The notes: generated by a model from the sequence alone, not told the origin. A stretch of 62,543 nucleotides of DNA from Actinomycetota bacterium (GCA_947491175.1 CANLIF010000001.1:1-62543), one strand, 5' to 3'; counted from the stretch's first letter, positions 1-12,636 are shown. Made by a program: numbers and translations.

Positions 1-1
1 A

Positions 2-313
2 GTGGTGGGCGTATTGACTACGACTCATGGCTACGCGGTGACCGAAGGCTGGGCCCAAACTTGGGATGAATCCGATCAGGAAGTCTTAGAAGCTGAAATT
101 TTGCAGGTCGCAGGAATCGACAGCCGCCTAGTTGTAGTGGCCGAATGCCAGGATGAGGTTAATAATTCTGAAACCGGGCAGGTTTCGATCCCCAACCCAA
201 TCGCAAAGGCACAAATTCAAGCGATTTTTGCCGCCACGGAGGCGCAACCGCAGGATTTCCTATGGTTTGGACCTACTGAGCCAGAGGAAGCCTTGGTCTG
301 GCACTCAAGTTGA
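2..313 (+). CDS. hypothetical protein, C-terminal fragment (5' end lies outside the window)
   Basis: Open frame runs from the window edge to a TGA at 311-313. I recognise no motif. It sits directly upstream of the groES promoter/CIRCE region. Confidence 0.5.
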   Translation: MVGVLTTTHGYAVTEGWAQTWDESDQEVLEAEILQVAGIDSRLVVVAECQDEVNNSETGQVSIPNPIAKAQIQAIFAATEAQPQDFLWFGPTEPEEALVWHSS

Positions 314-324
314 CCGAGTGCCAA
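298..324. promoter_or_regulatory. degenerate CIRCE inverted repeat (HrcA operator), copy 1
   Basis: CTGGCACTC-N9-GAGTGCCAA compared with consensus TTAGCACTC-N9-GAGTGCTAA (7/9 and 8/9 matches). It overlaps the stop of the upstream ORF. Confidence 0.5.
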
Positions 325-338
325 ATCCTGCTTACATT
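310..338 (+). promoter_or_regulatory. candidate sigma-A type promoter of groES-groEL
   Basis: TTGACC (310-315), a 17-nt spacer, then TACATT (333-338). The predicted start would fall inside CIRCE copy 2, the usual HrcA-repressed layout. Confidence 0.35.
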
Positions 339-342
339 TGGA

Positions 343-369
343 TTAGCACTCTAAAGCCTCGGGTGCTAA
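343..369. promoter_or_regulatory. CIRCE element (HrcA operator), copy 2
   Basis: TTAGCACTC-TAAAGCCTC-GGGTGCTAA gives 17/18 matches to the CIRCE consensus with the exact 9-nt spacer. It lies 31 nt upstream of the groES start. Confidence 0.85.
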
Positions 370-399
370 TTCAAATCGAGCAATAACAGGAGACACGAC

Positions 400-699
400 G
401 TGTCGGTCAACATTAAGCCACTTGAGGATCGCATCCTCGTTCAGTCACTAGAAGCCGAGCAGACCACCGCTTCAGGTTTGGTAATCCCAGACACTGCGAA
501 GGAAAAGCCACAAGAAGGCAAGGTCGTCGCAGTAGGACCAGGTCGTTTCGATGAAGACGGCGAAAAGCGGATTCCGCTTGACGTTAAAGTCGGCGACGTT
601 GTTATCTACTCCAAGTACGGCGGCACCGAAGTTAAGTACAACGGTGTTGAATACTTACTTCTTGGCGCTCGCGACATTCTCGCAATCGTCGAAAAATAA
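400..699 (+). CDS. groES: co-chaperonin GroES (Cpn10)
   Basis: 99 aa with a GTG start 6 nt after AGGAG. Canonical Cpn10 sequence ([11 protein letters not shown]..., [23 protein letters not shown]). Preceded by CIRCE and followed by groEL. Confidence 0.97.
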   Translation: MSVNIKPLEDRILVQSLEAEQTTASGLVIPDTAKEKPQEGKVVAVGPGRFDEDGEKRIPLDVKVGDVVIYSKYGGTEVKYNGVEYLLLGARDILAIVEK

Positions 700-713
700 A
701 AACCTCAAGCTAG

Positions 714-738
714 CGCCCCGATCGTTTACATCGGGGCG
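714..738 (+). other. intercistronic stem-loop between groES and groEL
   Basis: CGCCCCGAT-cgtttac-ATCGGGGCG forms a 9-bp GC-rich stem with a 7-nt loop and no U-tract. It is a possible processing or stability element. Confidence 0.4.
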
Positions 739-753
739 TTAGCAACTTTATGA

Positions 754-2547
<1,794 letters not shown>

Positions 2548-2557
2548 ATTAAATACA

Positions 2558-2596
2558 AAAACAAAACCCCCGGACATGGTCCAGGGGTTTTGTTTT
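2558..2596. terminator. bidirectional intrinsic terminator between groEL (+) and whiB3 (-)
   Basis: AAAACAAAACCCC-cggacatggtcca-GGGGTTTTGTTTT has perfect 13-nt arms. A G/C core flanked by A-run and T-run gives a U-tract in both transcription directions. Confidence 0.75.
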
Positions 2597-2607
2597 AAAC
2601 CTTTAAC

Positions 2608-2907
2608 TTAAGAAGAGATACGATCTGCGCGCGTTTGACGTGCATAGTGAGCTTCACGATCTTCTTCACTCATGCCGCCCCATACGCCGTATGGCTCACG
2701 GGTCTTGAGTGCATGTTCGCGACACTGGGCAATCACTGGGCAGGCTGCGCAAATAGCTTTGGCAGTTGCTACTCGACGTTCCCGAGCTGAACCTCGTTCG
2801 CCGTCTGGATGGTAAAAGATATCTGAATCTAAGCCTCGGCAAGCTGAGTGCAGTTGCCAATCCCAGAAATCTGCATTTGGACCAGGCAATCTGGATAGAT
2901 CAGCCAT
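2608..2907 (-). CDS. whiB3: WhiB-family [4Fe-4S] transcriptional regulator, WhiB3/WhiD type
   Basis: LPGPNADFWDWQL N-terminus, four Cys (C-x(n)-C-A-A-C-x5-C), and GVWGG followed by a basic tail. Neighbours groEL1 as in M. tuberculosis. Start set at ATG 2907 (GGGAGGA 7 nt upstream); the ORF itself is open to 2943. Confidence 0.9.
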   Translation of the reverse strand: MADLSRLPGPNADFWDWQLHSACRGLDSDIFYHPDGERGSARERRVATAKAICAACPVIAQCREHALKTREPYGVWGGMSEEDREAHYARQTRADRISS

Positions 2908-2948
2908 TGTGGTTCCTCCCGATAGTTGTTCTTCTACCAACACTCTAG

Positions 2949-3001
2949 AACCGAGTCATAAGTTGGTCAAGCAACTTGCCTGAACAAGTTTTGACTCGGT
3001 T
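2949..3001. promoter_or_regulatory. inverted repeat with nested alternative hairpins in the whiB3 / merR-like divergent region
   Basis: AACCGAGTCA (2949-2958) pairs with TGACTCGGTT (2992-3001). The 33-nt spacer holds two mutually exclusive 6-bp hairpins: AAGTTG/CAACTT and AACTTG/CAAGTT. Confidence 0.4.
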
Positions 3002-3033
3002 TTCGTCCAGCATTAGAAAAAGCCCATGATTCA

Positions 3034-4041
3034 TTGAACTTATTCCCGCCCAATGTGCAGGATGCCCAAACAGGCGCAAGAATGAGTCACATGTCACAAC
3101 GCGCAGCGCAGATCGAAGCCGACTTAACCGTTGCTGCCGTTGCCCGTCGAATTGGAATTGCTCCGGCCACTTTGCGGACCTGGGACCGTCGCTACGGACT
3201 TGGACCAAGTGTTCACATGCCTGGATCCCACCGCCGATACACGGCCTCAGATGTCGCGCGACTAGAACTAATGCGAAAGTTAATGCGCAATGGCGCCTTA
3301 CCCAGTGAAGCAGCTCGGATCGCATTAACTCAAGAAGTTGAACCAGAAACAGCTCAGACAGATTCCACTAACTCACCACTTCATGTAGTGACTGATGAAT
3401 CTTTCAATGACAATGTCATCGCACTGGATTCTCCAAAAGTGGTAATCAGATCACTCAATCGAGCCTTAGCTGCGTTAGATGCAAATGGCTGCGATCAGAT
3501 TATTTCGCAAACAATTGAATCCCATGGCGTGATTTGGACTTGGGAAAAAGTTTTAACCCCGGTGTTAATTTCACTTGGCGAAAAGTGGGCGCAAACTGGT
3601 GAAGGCGTTGAGCAAGAGCACTTACTTTCCGAATCAATCACGGGTCAGTTCAGGAATGTTCTTGGCAAAGTAACGGATCCAGAAAATTCTCGACCGGTTC
3701 TAATAGCTTGTGCACCGCATGAACTTCACACCATCCCAATGTTCGCTATTGCCGCAGGGTTAGCTGAGCAAAACATTGCTTGTCTAATCTTGGGCGCTCG
3801 AATGCCAGCAGAAGCACTGGCCAGTGCTGCAAAGAAGCTCGGCCCAAGTGCGATTGTGATCTGGTCTCAGTCTCAAGGAACTGCTGATGTTTCAATTTGG
3901 GATGCAGTTGAACCTATGCGCCCAGCACCGTTGTTAATGTCTGTAGGTCCAGGCTGGCAGCCTGATCTGCCAGAAGGTGTAGTAAAGCCAGATGACCTCA
4001 ACAGCACCCTTATTGCCTTGGCTGCTGCCTCCGGCCGATAA
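3034..4041 (+). CDS. MerR-family regulator with a C-terminal cobalamin-binding-like domain (LitR/CarH-like architecture)
   Basis: N-terminal MerR HTH (VAAVARRIGIAPATLRTWDRRYGL...HRRYTASDV). The C-terminal Rossmann-like region has HELHTIP in place of the DxHxxG motif. The start may instead be ATG 3082 (MSHMSQ...). Confidence 0.75.
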   Translation: MNLFPPNVQDAQTGARMSHMSQRAAQIEADLTVAAVARRIGIAPATLRTWDRRYGLGPSVHMPGSHRRYTASDVARLELMRKLMRNGALPSEAARIALTQEVEPETAQTDSTNSPLHVVTDESFNDNVIALDSPKVVIRSLNRALAALDANGCDQIISQTIESHGVIWTWEKVLTPVLISLGEKWAQTGEGVEQEHLLSESITGQFRNVLGKVTDPENSRPVLIACAPHELHTIPMFAIAAGLAEQNIACLILGARMPAEALASAAKKLGPSAIVIWSQSQGTADVSIWDAVEPMRPAPLLMSVGPGWQPDLPEGVVKPDDLNSTLIALAAASGR

Positions 4042-4143
4042 CGCCTAAGCACGCTTTTTGGCCGCAGGCTGTTAAGCGATAACCTTAAGCAATTCACCTT
4101 TATGTAGGTGGCTATCGGCAACAGTTACCAGCTTGATCAGTAA

Positions 4144-5646
<1,503 letters not shown>

Positions 5647-5654
5647 GGGAGAAA

Positions 5655-6767
5655 ATGTCAGACGTGGAAATCGGTAGAAGTAAGCGGGCTCGCGTTGCTT
5701 ACTCTTTTGATGATGTTTCGTTAGTGCCAAGTCGTCGAACTCGCGACGATGAACTCGTTAATCTGGATTGGAAAGTTGACGCGTATTCGTTCAACCATCC
5801 AATTATTGCTGCCCCCATGGACTCTGTTGTTTCACCAGTTACAGCAGCAACGTTTGCCGCAAATGGTGGCCTTGCGATTTTAAATCTTGAAGGTGTTTGG
5901 ACCAGATACGAAGATCCAACTGGAGTGCTTAATGACATTGCTGCGTTAGATTCCAAAGGTGCTACTGCAAAGCTCCAAGAAATATATTCAAAGCCAATCC
6001 AACCGGAATTGATTGCAGCTCGAATTAAAGAGATGCGAACATCAGGAATAACTGTTGCTGGCTCACTAAGCCCCCAGCGCACCGCACAGTTTGCCAAGCA
6101 GGTTGTTGAAGCTGGAGTAGATATCTTTGTGATTCGAGGAACAACAGTAAGTGCAGAGCATGTAAGTAATGGTGGCGAGTCCTTAAATCTCAAGGAGTTC
6201 ATTTACCAACTAGATGTTCCAGTAATCGTTGGTGGATGCGCAACCTACACAGCTGCACTTCACTTAATGCGCACTGGCGCGGCCGGTGTACTTGTTGGAT
6301 TTGGTGGCGGCGCTGCGCACACGACTCTTGACGTACTAGGCGTACGGGTTCCAATGGCAAGCGCTGTCGCAGACGTTGCTGCAGCTCGACGGGATTACCT
6401 GGATGAATCTGGTGGCCGATATGTTTCAGTTATTGCCGATGGCTCAATGGGCCGAAGTGGCGACGTTTCTAAGGCAATTGCGTTAGGTGCAGATGCAGTT
6501 GTTGTTGGCTCAACATTTGCTAGAGCAACTGATGCGCCAGGTCGTGGCAAACATTGGGGAATTGAAGCAACTCATTTAGAACTTCCCCGAGGTGAACTTG
6601 TTTATCTAGGCACTACAGGAACCTTGAGCGAAATCATTTCAGGTCCATCACACACAGCAGATGGCACTATGAATATGGTTGGGGCGCTTCGCCGGGCAAT
6701 GGCAACGTGCGGATACTCAGACTTAAAGGAATTCCAGCGCTGCGAAGTTGTAGTAACCCCGAATTAG
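5655..6767 (+). CDS. GuaB3-type IMPDH-family protein (no CBS insert, catalytic Cys loop replaced)
   Basis: 370-aa IMPDH/GMPR TIM-barrel homolog. It has GFGGGAAHTT where GuaB has GPGSICTT. Its position right after guaB matches actinobacterial guaB3. Confidence 0.9.
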   Translation: MSDVEIGRSKRARVAYSFDDVSLVPSRRTRDDELVNLDWKVDAYSFNHPIIAAPMDSVVSPVTAATFAANGGLAILNLEGVWTRYEDPTGVLNDIAALDSKGATAKLQEIYSKPIQPELIAARIKEMRTSGITVAGSLSPQRTAQFAKQVVEAGVDIFVIRGTTVSAEHVSNGGESLNLKEFIYQLDVPVIVGGCATYTAALHLMRTGAAGVLVGFGGGAAHTTLDVLGVRVPMASAVADVAAARRDYLDESGGRYVSVIADGSMGRSGDVSKAIALGADAVVVGSTFARATDAPGRGKHWGIEATHLELPRGELVYLGTTGTLSEIISGPSHTADGTMNMVGALRRAMATCGYSDLKEFQRCEVVVTPN

Positions 6768-6832
6768 ACGTGGCGGCGAAACCATCACAGGTGCCAATTA
6801 ATTCAAGGGCTGCCTACCAATAGGCTAAGGAT

Positions 6833-8398
6833 GTGACTGACGCCCGCCCAGTACTTGTAGTTGATTTCGGTGCGCAGTATGCCCAATTAATTGCCCGCAG
6901 AATCCGCGAAGCTCGGATTTATTCTGAAGTGGTTCCCAGCACTATGTCGGCCAAAGACATGTTGGCGAAAAACCCATTAGCAATAGTTCTTTCTGGTGGA
7001 CCTTCCAGCGTTTATGCCGAAGGCGCCCCACAAGTGGATGCGGCATTATTCGAAGCAAACCTTCCAGTGTTTGGAATTTGTTATGGCTTTCAAGCGATGG
7101 CAGCCACACTCGGTGGCAAAGTTGCCCAAACCGGCCTATCTGAGTTTGGTGCCACAGAGTTAAAAACTAACCCCGGCAGCTGCTTATTTGATGGGTTACC
7201 TGAAGTTCAAAATGTTTGGATGAGTCACGGCGACTCAGTTCAAGAAGCACCAGCTGGATTTACCGTAACGGCATCAAGTGCTGGGGCAGCAGTCGCGGCA
7301 TTTGAAGATCTTTCTCGAGGCTTGGCAGGTGTGCAATTTCATCCTGAAGTTATGCATTCTGAACATGGGCAAAAAGTTCTAGAACATTTCTTGTATGACA
7401 TAGCCAAGATTGAACCTACTTGGACACCGGCAAGCATTGTTGATGAACAAGTTGCTCGCATCAAGGCTCAGATTGGTAACTCAAAAGTTATATGTGGATT
7501 ATCGGGTGGCGTAGATTCCGCCGCCGCTGCTGCCTTAGTTCACAAAGCGGTCGGAGATAATCTCACCTGCGTATTTGTGGATCATGGCTTATTGCGCGCC
7601 GGCGAGCGTGAACAAGTGGAGCGTGACTATGTTGCTGCAACTGGAATTCGTTTAGTCGTAGTTGATGCAGCCGATCGGTTCTTAAGTGAGCTTGCGGACG
7701 TTACAGATCCAGAAACTAAGCGAAAAATTATTGGCCGAATCTTTATTCGAGTATTTGAAGATGCCCAAAAGCAATTGATTTCTGAGGCTGGTCAATCTGG
7801 AGCCACTATTGATTTCTTAGTTCAAGGCACGCTCTATCCAGACGTGGTTGAAAGTGGTGGTGGTACCGGCGCTGCAACTATCAAGAGCCATCACAACGTT
7901 GGCGGACTTCCTGATGATATTGAATTCCAACTTTGTGAGCCCCTTCGTGAGCTATTTAAGGATGAAGTGCGAGCAGTTGGTCGAGAACTGGGACTTCCAG
8001 AGGCGATGGTCATGCGCCACCCATTCCCTGGGCCGGGCCTAGGAATTCGAATCGTAGGAGCCGTTAGTAAAGAACGGCTCGACATTCTTCGAGCAGCAGA
8101 TGCAATTGTTCGTGAAGAAACCACAATCGCGGGATTAGATTCTTCAATCTGGCAATTTCCAGTTGTGCTGTTGGCTGACGTTCGCAGCGTTGGAGTGCAA
8201 GGTGATGGCAGAACTTATGGCCATCCGATCGTATTGCGACCAGTTTCAAGTGAAGATGCCATGACCGCAGACTGGACCAGATTGCCTTATGACGTATTGG
8301 CAAAAATTTCCAACCGAATTACTAACGAAGTTCGGGAAGTTAACCGCGTAGTTTTGGATGTAACGTCAAAGCCTCCGGGCACTATTGAATGGGAATAA
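6833..8398 (+). CDS. guaA: GMP synthase (glutamine-hydrolysing)
   Basis: 521 aa with a GTG start after AAGGA. Class-I amidotransferase (ICYGFQ, HPE) plus the ATP-PPase SGGVDS motif and a C-terminal dimerisation domain ending ...PPGTIEWE. Confidence 0.97.
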   Translation: MTDARPVLVVDFGAQYAQLIARRIREARIYSEVVPSTMSAKDMLAKNPLAIVLSGGPSSVYAEGAPQVDAALFEANLPVFGICYGFQAMAATLGGKVAQTGLSEFGATELKTNPGSCLFDGLPEVQNVWMSHGDSVQEAPAGFTVTASSAGAAVAAFEDLSRGLAGVQFHPEVMHSEHGQKVLEHFLYDIAKIEPTWTPASIVDEQVARIKAQIGNSKVICGLSGGVDSAAAAALVHKAVGDNLTCVFVDHGLLRAGEREQVERDYVAATGIRLVVVDAADRFLSELADVTDPETKRKIIGRIFIRVFEDAQKQLISEAGQSGATIDFLVQGTLYPDVVESGGGTGAATIKSHHNVGGLPDDIEFQLCEPLRELFKDEVRAVGRELGLPEAMVMRHPFPGPGLGIRIVGAVSKERLDILRAADAIVREETTIAGLDSSIWQFPVVLLADVRSVGVQGDGRTYGHPIVLRPVSSEDAMTADWTRLPYDVLAKISNRITNEVREVNRVVLDVTSKPPGTIEWE

Positions 8399-8576
8399 GG
8401 CGAAGCCGAAATTCCCATTCACAATAAACACCGTTTGGGCACAAGCGCCACCAGGCGCTGGTGAGGAATAAGGCGAAGCCGAAATTCCCATTCACAATAA
8501 ACACCGTTTGGGCACAAGCGCCGCCAGGTGCTGGTGAGGAATAAGGCGAAGCCGAAATTCCCATTCACAATAAACA
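8393..8576 (+). repeat. tandem repeat (73 nt x 2.5) that starts at the last codon and stop codon of guaA
   Basis: GAATAAGGCGAAGCCGAAATTCCCATTCACAATAAACA... recurs at 8393, 8466 and 8539. Copies 1 and 2 differ at 2 of 73 positions. Hairpin GAATGGGAAT (8387-8396) / ATTCCCATTC (8411-8420) spans the stop codon. Confidence 0.92.
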
Positions 8577-8595
8577 TTGTTATCGCGATCGCACT

Positions 8596-9351
8596 TTAAT
8601 CTGGCAACTTAATCTGCCGGAATGCTTCGGCAGTCCGTCCGGATTCAAGGCCACCTTTTTCTGCTAGGGATTCACCCCAGCCGCGAAGCATGCCTTCTAA
8701 ATCTTCCATGTGCGAAGTTTGACTAGCATGTGCATCGAGTGCCTGCACTTTGCGACTAAAGAACTCAGTGATATCGATCCAATGATTTGGTTCGACATGC
8801 CCTTGTAGCCAAAGCCACGAAACGGTCCAGGCTTCTAATCCTTCTTCATTTCGTAATTCTGGATAGGCGTAGGGATTGCGTACCGCAGGATACAAAGCCC
8901 GAGCAGTTGCTTCGCCAGTAGCCATGTGATCTGGATGACTAGATGGCAGCCGTTCCCAATTTCGTTCTGGCGACTGCGTCAAAACTAATTGTGGCTGGAC
9001 TTGGCGCATAACCCGAACAATGTCTCGCTGTAAATCTTGGCTTGGTTCTAAGTAACCATCTTGATAACCGAGAAAACGCACATCAGTTACGCCGTAAACC
9101 GCAGCAGCAGACTCTTGTTCAGCTCTCCGGATAGCAGGAATCTGCGAACGATCAGTTGAGTCATCAAATCCACCAGCATCTCCGTCAGTACAGATACAGA
9201 ACGTGACTGTCACGCCAGCTTTAACAAGTGCCATAACGGTTCCACCAGCACCAAAGTCCACATCATCAGGATGGGCGGTAACAACTAGTGCTCGGGTCAC
9301 ACCCTCGGGGATTTCAATTCGTTCATTCGATTCAATACTCACGTCGTCCAC
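8596..9351 (-). CDS. PIG-L/LmbE-family deacetylase
   Basis: 251 aa. VVTAHPDDVDFGAGGT and a later HPDH motif are typical of LmbE-like (MshB/Mca-related) zinc deacetylases. Confidence 0.85.
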   Translation of the reverse strand: MDDVSIESNERIEIPEGVTRALVVTAHPDDVDFGAGGTVMALVKAGVTVTFCICTDGDAGGFDDSTDRSQIPAIRRAEQESAAAVYGVTDVRFLGYQDGYLEPSQDLQRDIVRVMRQVQPQLVLTQSPERNWERLPSSHPDHMATGEATARALYPAVRNPYAYPELRNEEGLEAWTVSWLWLQGHVEPNHWIDITEFFSRKVQALDAHASQTSHMEDLEGMLRGWGESLAEKGGLESGRTAEAFRQIKLPD

Positions 9352-9407
9352 TCTATTTCGTTTATGCCACGACTCTGCATGTCAGGGTACTTACGTAGAC
9401 TGTCGGT

Positions 9408-11615
9408 GTGCCTTCACAACTTTTAGATGATCTAAACGAACCACAACGCCAAGCTGTTGTGCATTCCGGAACCCCATTATTAGTTGTGGCTGGAGCGGGC
9501 TCTGGAAAAACACGAGTACTTACCTGCAGGATTGCTTACCTAATGGCCGAGCGAAACGTAGCACCAACTGAGATTTTGGCAATTACATTTACCAATAAAG
9601 CAGCTAACGAAATGAAAGAACGTGTTGCACACATGGTTGGCCCAAAGGCCAGAAGTATGTGGGTTTCCACTTTTCACTCGGCTTGCGTTCGAATCCTGCG
9701 CAATGAGGCAAAGCGGTTAAATCTCAAGCCATCCTTCACGATTTATGACACCCAGGATTCCGTGCGAATGCTCTTTCTGGTTTCCAAAGATCTGGGAATC
9801 GACCCAAAGTCCTACAGCCCAAAATACTTACTCGGTCAAATCAGCAACTTAAAGAATGAACTTATTGATTATGAAGATGCCATAAGTAAGGCAGTAACTG
9901 CGCAAGAGCAAACCGTTGCGCAGGCATACGGCGAGTATCAGCGGCGGTTGATGTTAGCAAGTGCGGTTGACTTTGATGACCTCATTGGACACACCGTTGC
10001 ACTGCTCCAGGCATTTCCAGATGTTGCCGAGCACTACCATCGTCGCTTTCGCCACGTATTGGTAGACGAGTATCAAGATACCAACCACGCACAATATATT
10101 CTGATTCGCGAATTGGTAGGAACTGGTAAAGATGGAATGCCACCCGCCGAGTTATGTGTAGTTGGAGATGCGGATCAAAGTATCTATGCTTTCCGTGGCG
10201 CGAACATCCGCAACATAGTTGAGTTTGAGCGTGACTATTCAACTGCTCAAACTGTAGTTTTGGAACAAAACTATCGCTCGACGCAAAATATTCTGACCAG
10301 CGCAAATTCGGTAATTGAAAAGAACTCAGGCCGACCAGCCAAGCGCCTTTGGACTGCAGAAGGCAGTGGTGAAAAGATTGTTATTTACACCGCCAATGAC
10401 GAACATCACGAAGCTGATTTCATTGTCACAAACATTGCAGACTTGATTGATAACCATGGATATGATTACAAAGACGTGGCAATTTTTTATCGCACTAATA
10501 ACCAATCTCGAAGCGTTGAAGAAGTTTTCATCCGCCGCGGAGTACCTTACAAAGTCGTTGGTGGAACTAGATTCTACGAACGAAAAGAAATTAAGGATGC
10601 CCTGGCATATTTGCGCGCAGTCTCTAACCCCGAAGATGATGTTTCGGTTCGAAGAATTTTAAATACCCCACGTCGCGGAATTGGTGACAAGGCCGAAGAG
10701 GCCGTAGAAGGTTTTGCGCGTCGAGAGAAAATTACATTTAGTGCGGCGCTTAATCGACTATCAGAAATCCACACTCTGCCAACTAGGTCAGCAACTGCAC
10801 TTACCGAATTCAACAGGCTACTTGGAAACCTTCGCACCTTGGATGAATCTGGCGCAGGTCCAAGTGCGATTTTGGCGGCAGCCATGGAAGCTTCTGGGTA
10901 CCTAAAAGAATTGACTGCCAGTAAAGATCCACAAGATGAAGTACGAGTCGAGAACATCGCCGAACTCGAGAATGTGACCCGAGAATACGAAGAACAGTTT
11001 GTCGAAGACAACGAATCCGGGGATGTTGCCACACTTTCAAACTTTCTAGAGCGCGTTTCATTGGTAGCAGATTCGGATCAGATTCCAACTGGCGCCGAAC
11101 ATGGAGGAGTAGTCACTCTGATGACTTTGCATACTGCAAAGGGCCTGGAGTTTCCTGTGGTGTTTTTAACGGGAATGGAAGATGGAGTCTTTCCGCACCA
11201 ACGTGCATTTGGTTCGGCAACTGAACTCGAGGAAGAACGCAGACTTGCTTATGTGGGTATGACGCGAGCTATGAAGCGTCTGTTTCTTTCTCGGGCCGTG
11301 GCTCGATCTACTTGGGGTCAGCCAAACTACAATCCAGAATCCCGATTCCTTTCTGAAATTCCAGCCGAACTTGTGGATCGACAAGGCGAAGAACCAAGTC
11401 CACTCGGGCTGGCAGGTTCTGGGTCAAGAGCACCAAAGCGTGACGAGCCAGTAATGGCACTTGAAGTCGGAGATCGTGTATTACATGACAAGTTTGGAAT
11501 GGGTACGGTTTTGTCAGTGATTGGACAGAATGAAAAGGCAGAAGCAACTATCGATTTCAAGAGTGCTGGAGAAAAGCGCTTACTTTTGCGTTATGCGCCG
11601 GTGGAAAAACTTTAG
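9408..11615 (+). CDS. pcrA: ATP-dependent DNA helicase PcrA/UvrD1
   Basis: 735 aa with SF1 motifs GAGSGKT, DEYQDTN, QNYRST, TLHTAKGLEFPVVF and VGMTRA. Synteny with the M23 peptidase and sucCD as in Rv0949-Rv0952. Confidence 0.95.
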   Translation: MPSQLLDDLNEPQRQAVVHSGTPLLVVAGAGSGKTRVLTCRIAYLMAERNVAPTEILAITFTNKAANEMKERVAHMVGPKARSMWVSTFHSACVRILRNEAKRLNLKPSFTIYDTQDSVRMLFLVSKDLGIDPKSYSPKYLLGQISNLKNELIDYEDAISKAVTAQEQTVAQAYGEYQRRLMLASAVDFDDLIGHTVALLQAFPDVAEHYHRRFRHVLVDEYQDTNHAQYILIRELVGTGKDGMPPAELCVVGDADQSIYAFRGANIRNIVEFERDYSTAQTVVLEQNYRSTQNILTSANSVIEKNSGRPAKRLWTAEGSGEKIVIYTANDEHHEADFIVTNIADLIDNHGYDYKDVAIFYRTNNQSRSVEEVFIRRGVPYKVVGGTRFYERKEIKDALAYLRAVSNPEDDVSVRRILNTPRRGIGDKAEEAVEGFARREKITFSAALNRLSEIHTLPTRSATALTEFNRLLGNLRTLDESGAGPSAILAAAMEASGYLKELTASKDPQDEVRVENIAELENVTREYEEQFVEDNESGDVATLSNFLERVSLVADSDQIPTGAEHGGVVTLMTLHTAKGLEFPVVFLTGMEDGVFPHQRAFGSATELEEERRLAYVGMTRAMKRLFLSRAVARSTWGQPNYNPESRFLSEIPAELVDRQGEEPSPLGLAGSGSRAPKRDEPVMALEVGDRVLHDKFGMGTVLSVIGQNEKAEATIDFKSAGEKRLLLRYAPVEKL

Positions 11616-11616
11616 G

Positions 11617-12636
11617 TTACTTGCCCCAAAGCCAAGTTGATGGATTCATAAATTCTCCATCTTTGGTTACTTCAAAATGTAAATGTGGACCGGTGGTATT
11701 TCCAGATGTTCCTGATTTACCAATTGTCTGACCAGCAGCAACTTCGCCGGAGCTATAACTAATTTTAGATAAGTGGTTGTAGGTAGTTATGTAACCACTG
11801 CCATGGTCAATTTGAATCCGGTAGCCGTACGCACCTTCCCAGCTTGCGGAAATGATGGTTCCATTGGCCGCTGCAACTACAGCCGTTCCCGTTGGGACCC
11901 TAAAGTCCAATCCGGTGTGCCAACCGCCAGACCAAATACCGCCGCGTTGCCCGAATCGAGCGCTTAGTTGGTAGTCAGACTTAATAGGCTCAGTAATTAC
12001 CCCTACTTGTCTAGCCAACTCTTTTTTAGTGGCAACAGCAGCTTTACGCGCTTGCTCTTGCCTTATCAATTCCTTTGACCTCTTTTCAGCTGCTATTAAT
12101 GCAGCTTCAGCCTGTTCCTTTTCAAGAATTATTGCTTGTTGCTCAGCCAGCAATACTTGGGCCTGCTGATTTTTTTGATCTTGGGCCTGGGAAATCAAGG
12201 TACTCAATTGCTCTGTTGATGCCGCTAGAGATTGGAGTGACTTTCGCTCAATTCCGGAAATGGTGGGTGTTGTATCTATGACTGCATCAGGATCGCTGGT
12301 TGGATCATCGACTGTGGCAGCAGCAGCAAGCACTTCGCCTTCGGCAAGAGTTTGGCGATCCTCGGAACGGCTTGCAGCCTGGGCACGCGAGGTGCTGGTT
12401 TGAATCGAAGCGACAGGTGCCTGTGCTTCCAAAGCCAAAACATTAGCGGCAGAAGTTTCTAAGACAGTTATGTCACCGGCCTGAGTGACTTCGGCAACGG
12501 TTGATCCAGAAGTAGCCACGACCGAGCTCATGCTGGCAACGCTTACGAGCGCACCGAGGTGCTTGCCGGAAACAGACTTCTTTTTTGGGGCAGCATGACG
12601 AGCAGCGCGATGACGACCGCGTGGTTCTGTGCTCAT
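11617..12636 (-). CDS. M23-family metallopeptidase with N-terminal anchor and coiled-coil
   Basis: The C-terminal LytM domain has HTGLDF, YNHL and GTSGNTTGPHLHFEV. The central region is Q/A/E-rich. Position is equivalent to Rv0950c. Confidence 0.9.
   Translation of the reverse strand: MSTEPRGRHRAARHAAPKKKSVSGKHLGALVSVASMSSVVATSGSTVAEVTQAGDITVLETSAANVLALEAQAPVASIQTSTSRAQAASRSEDRQTLAEGEVLAAAATVDDPTSDPDAVIDTTPTISGIERKSLQSLAASTEQLSTLISQAQDQKNQQAQVLLAEQQAIILEKEQAEAALIAAEKRSKELIRQEQARKAAVATKKELARQVGVITEPIKSDYQLSARFGQRGGIWSGGWHTGLDFRVPTGTAVVAAANGTIISASWEGAYGYRIQIDHGSGYITTYNHLSKISYSSGEVAAGQTIGKSGTSGNTTGPHLHFEVTKDGEFMNPSTWLWGK

Noticed and set aside
150-200. GGTTTCGATCCCC resembling a tRNA T-arm
   Set aside because: No acceptor, D or anticodon stems can be drawn around it, and the T-loop would be too large. 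It lies in a continuous open reading frame.
153-386. 77-aa ORF spanning the CIRCE region
   Set aside because: It is highly basic and low-complexity, overlaps the end of the upstream ORF in another frame, and covers the groES promoter and operators.
2945-3325. 126-aa minus-strand ORF opposite the MerR-like gene
   Set aside because: It overlaps the HTH-coding 5' part of a well-supported plus-strand gene and the intergenic inverted repeat, and has no motif.
8393-8576. Tandem repeats after guaA (and likewise after groEL and ychF) considered as CRISPR arrays
   Set aside because: The units are directly contiguous with no unique spacers. There are only 2-3 copies, each derived from the adjacent gene end, and no cas genes are present.
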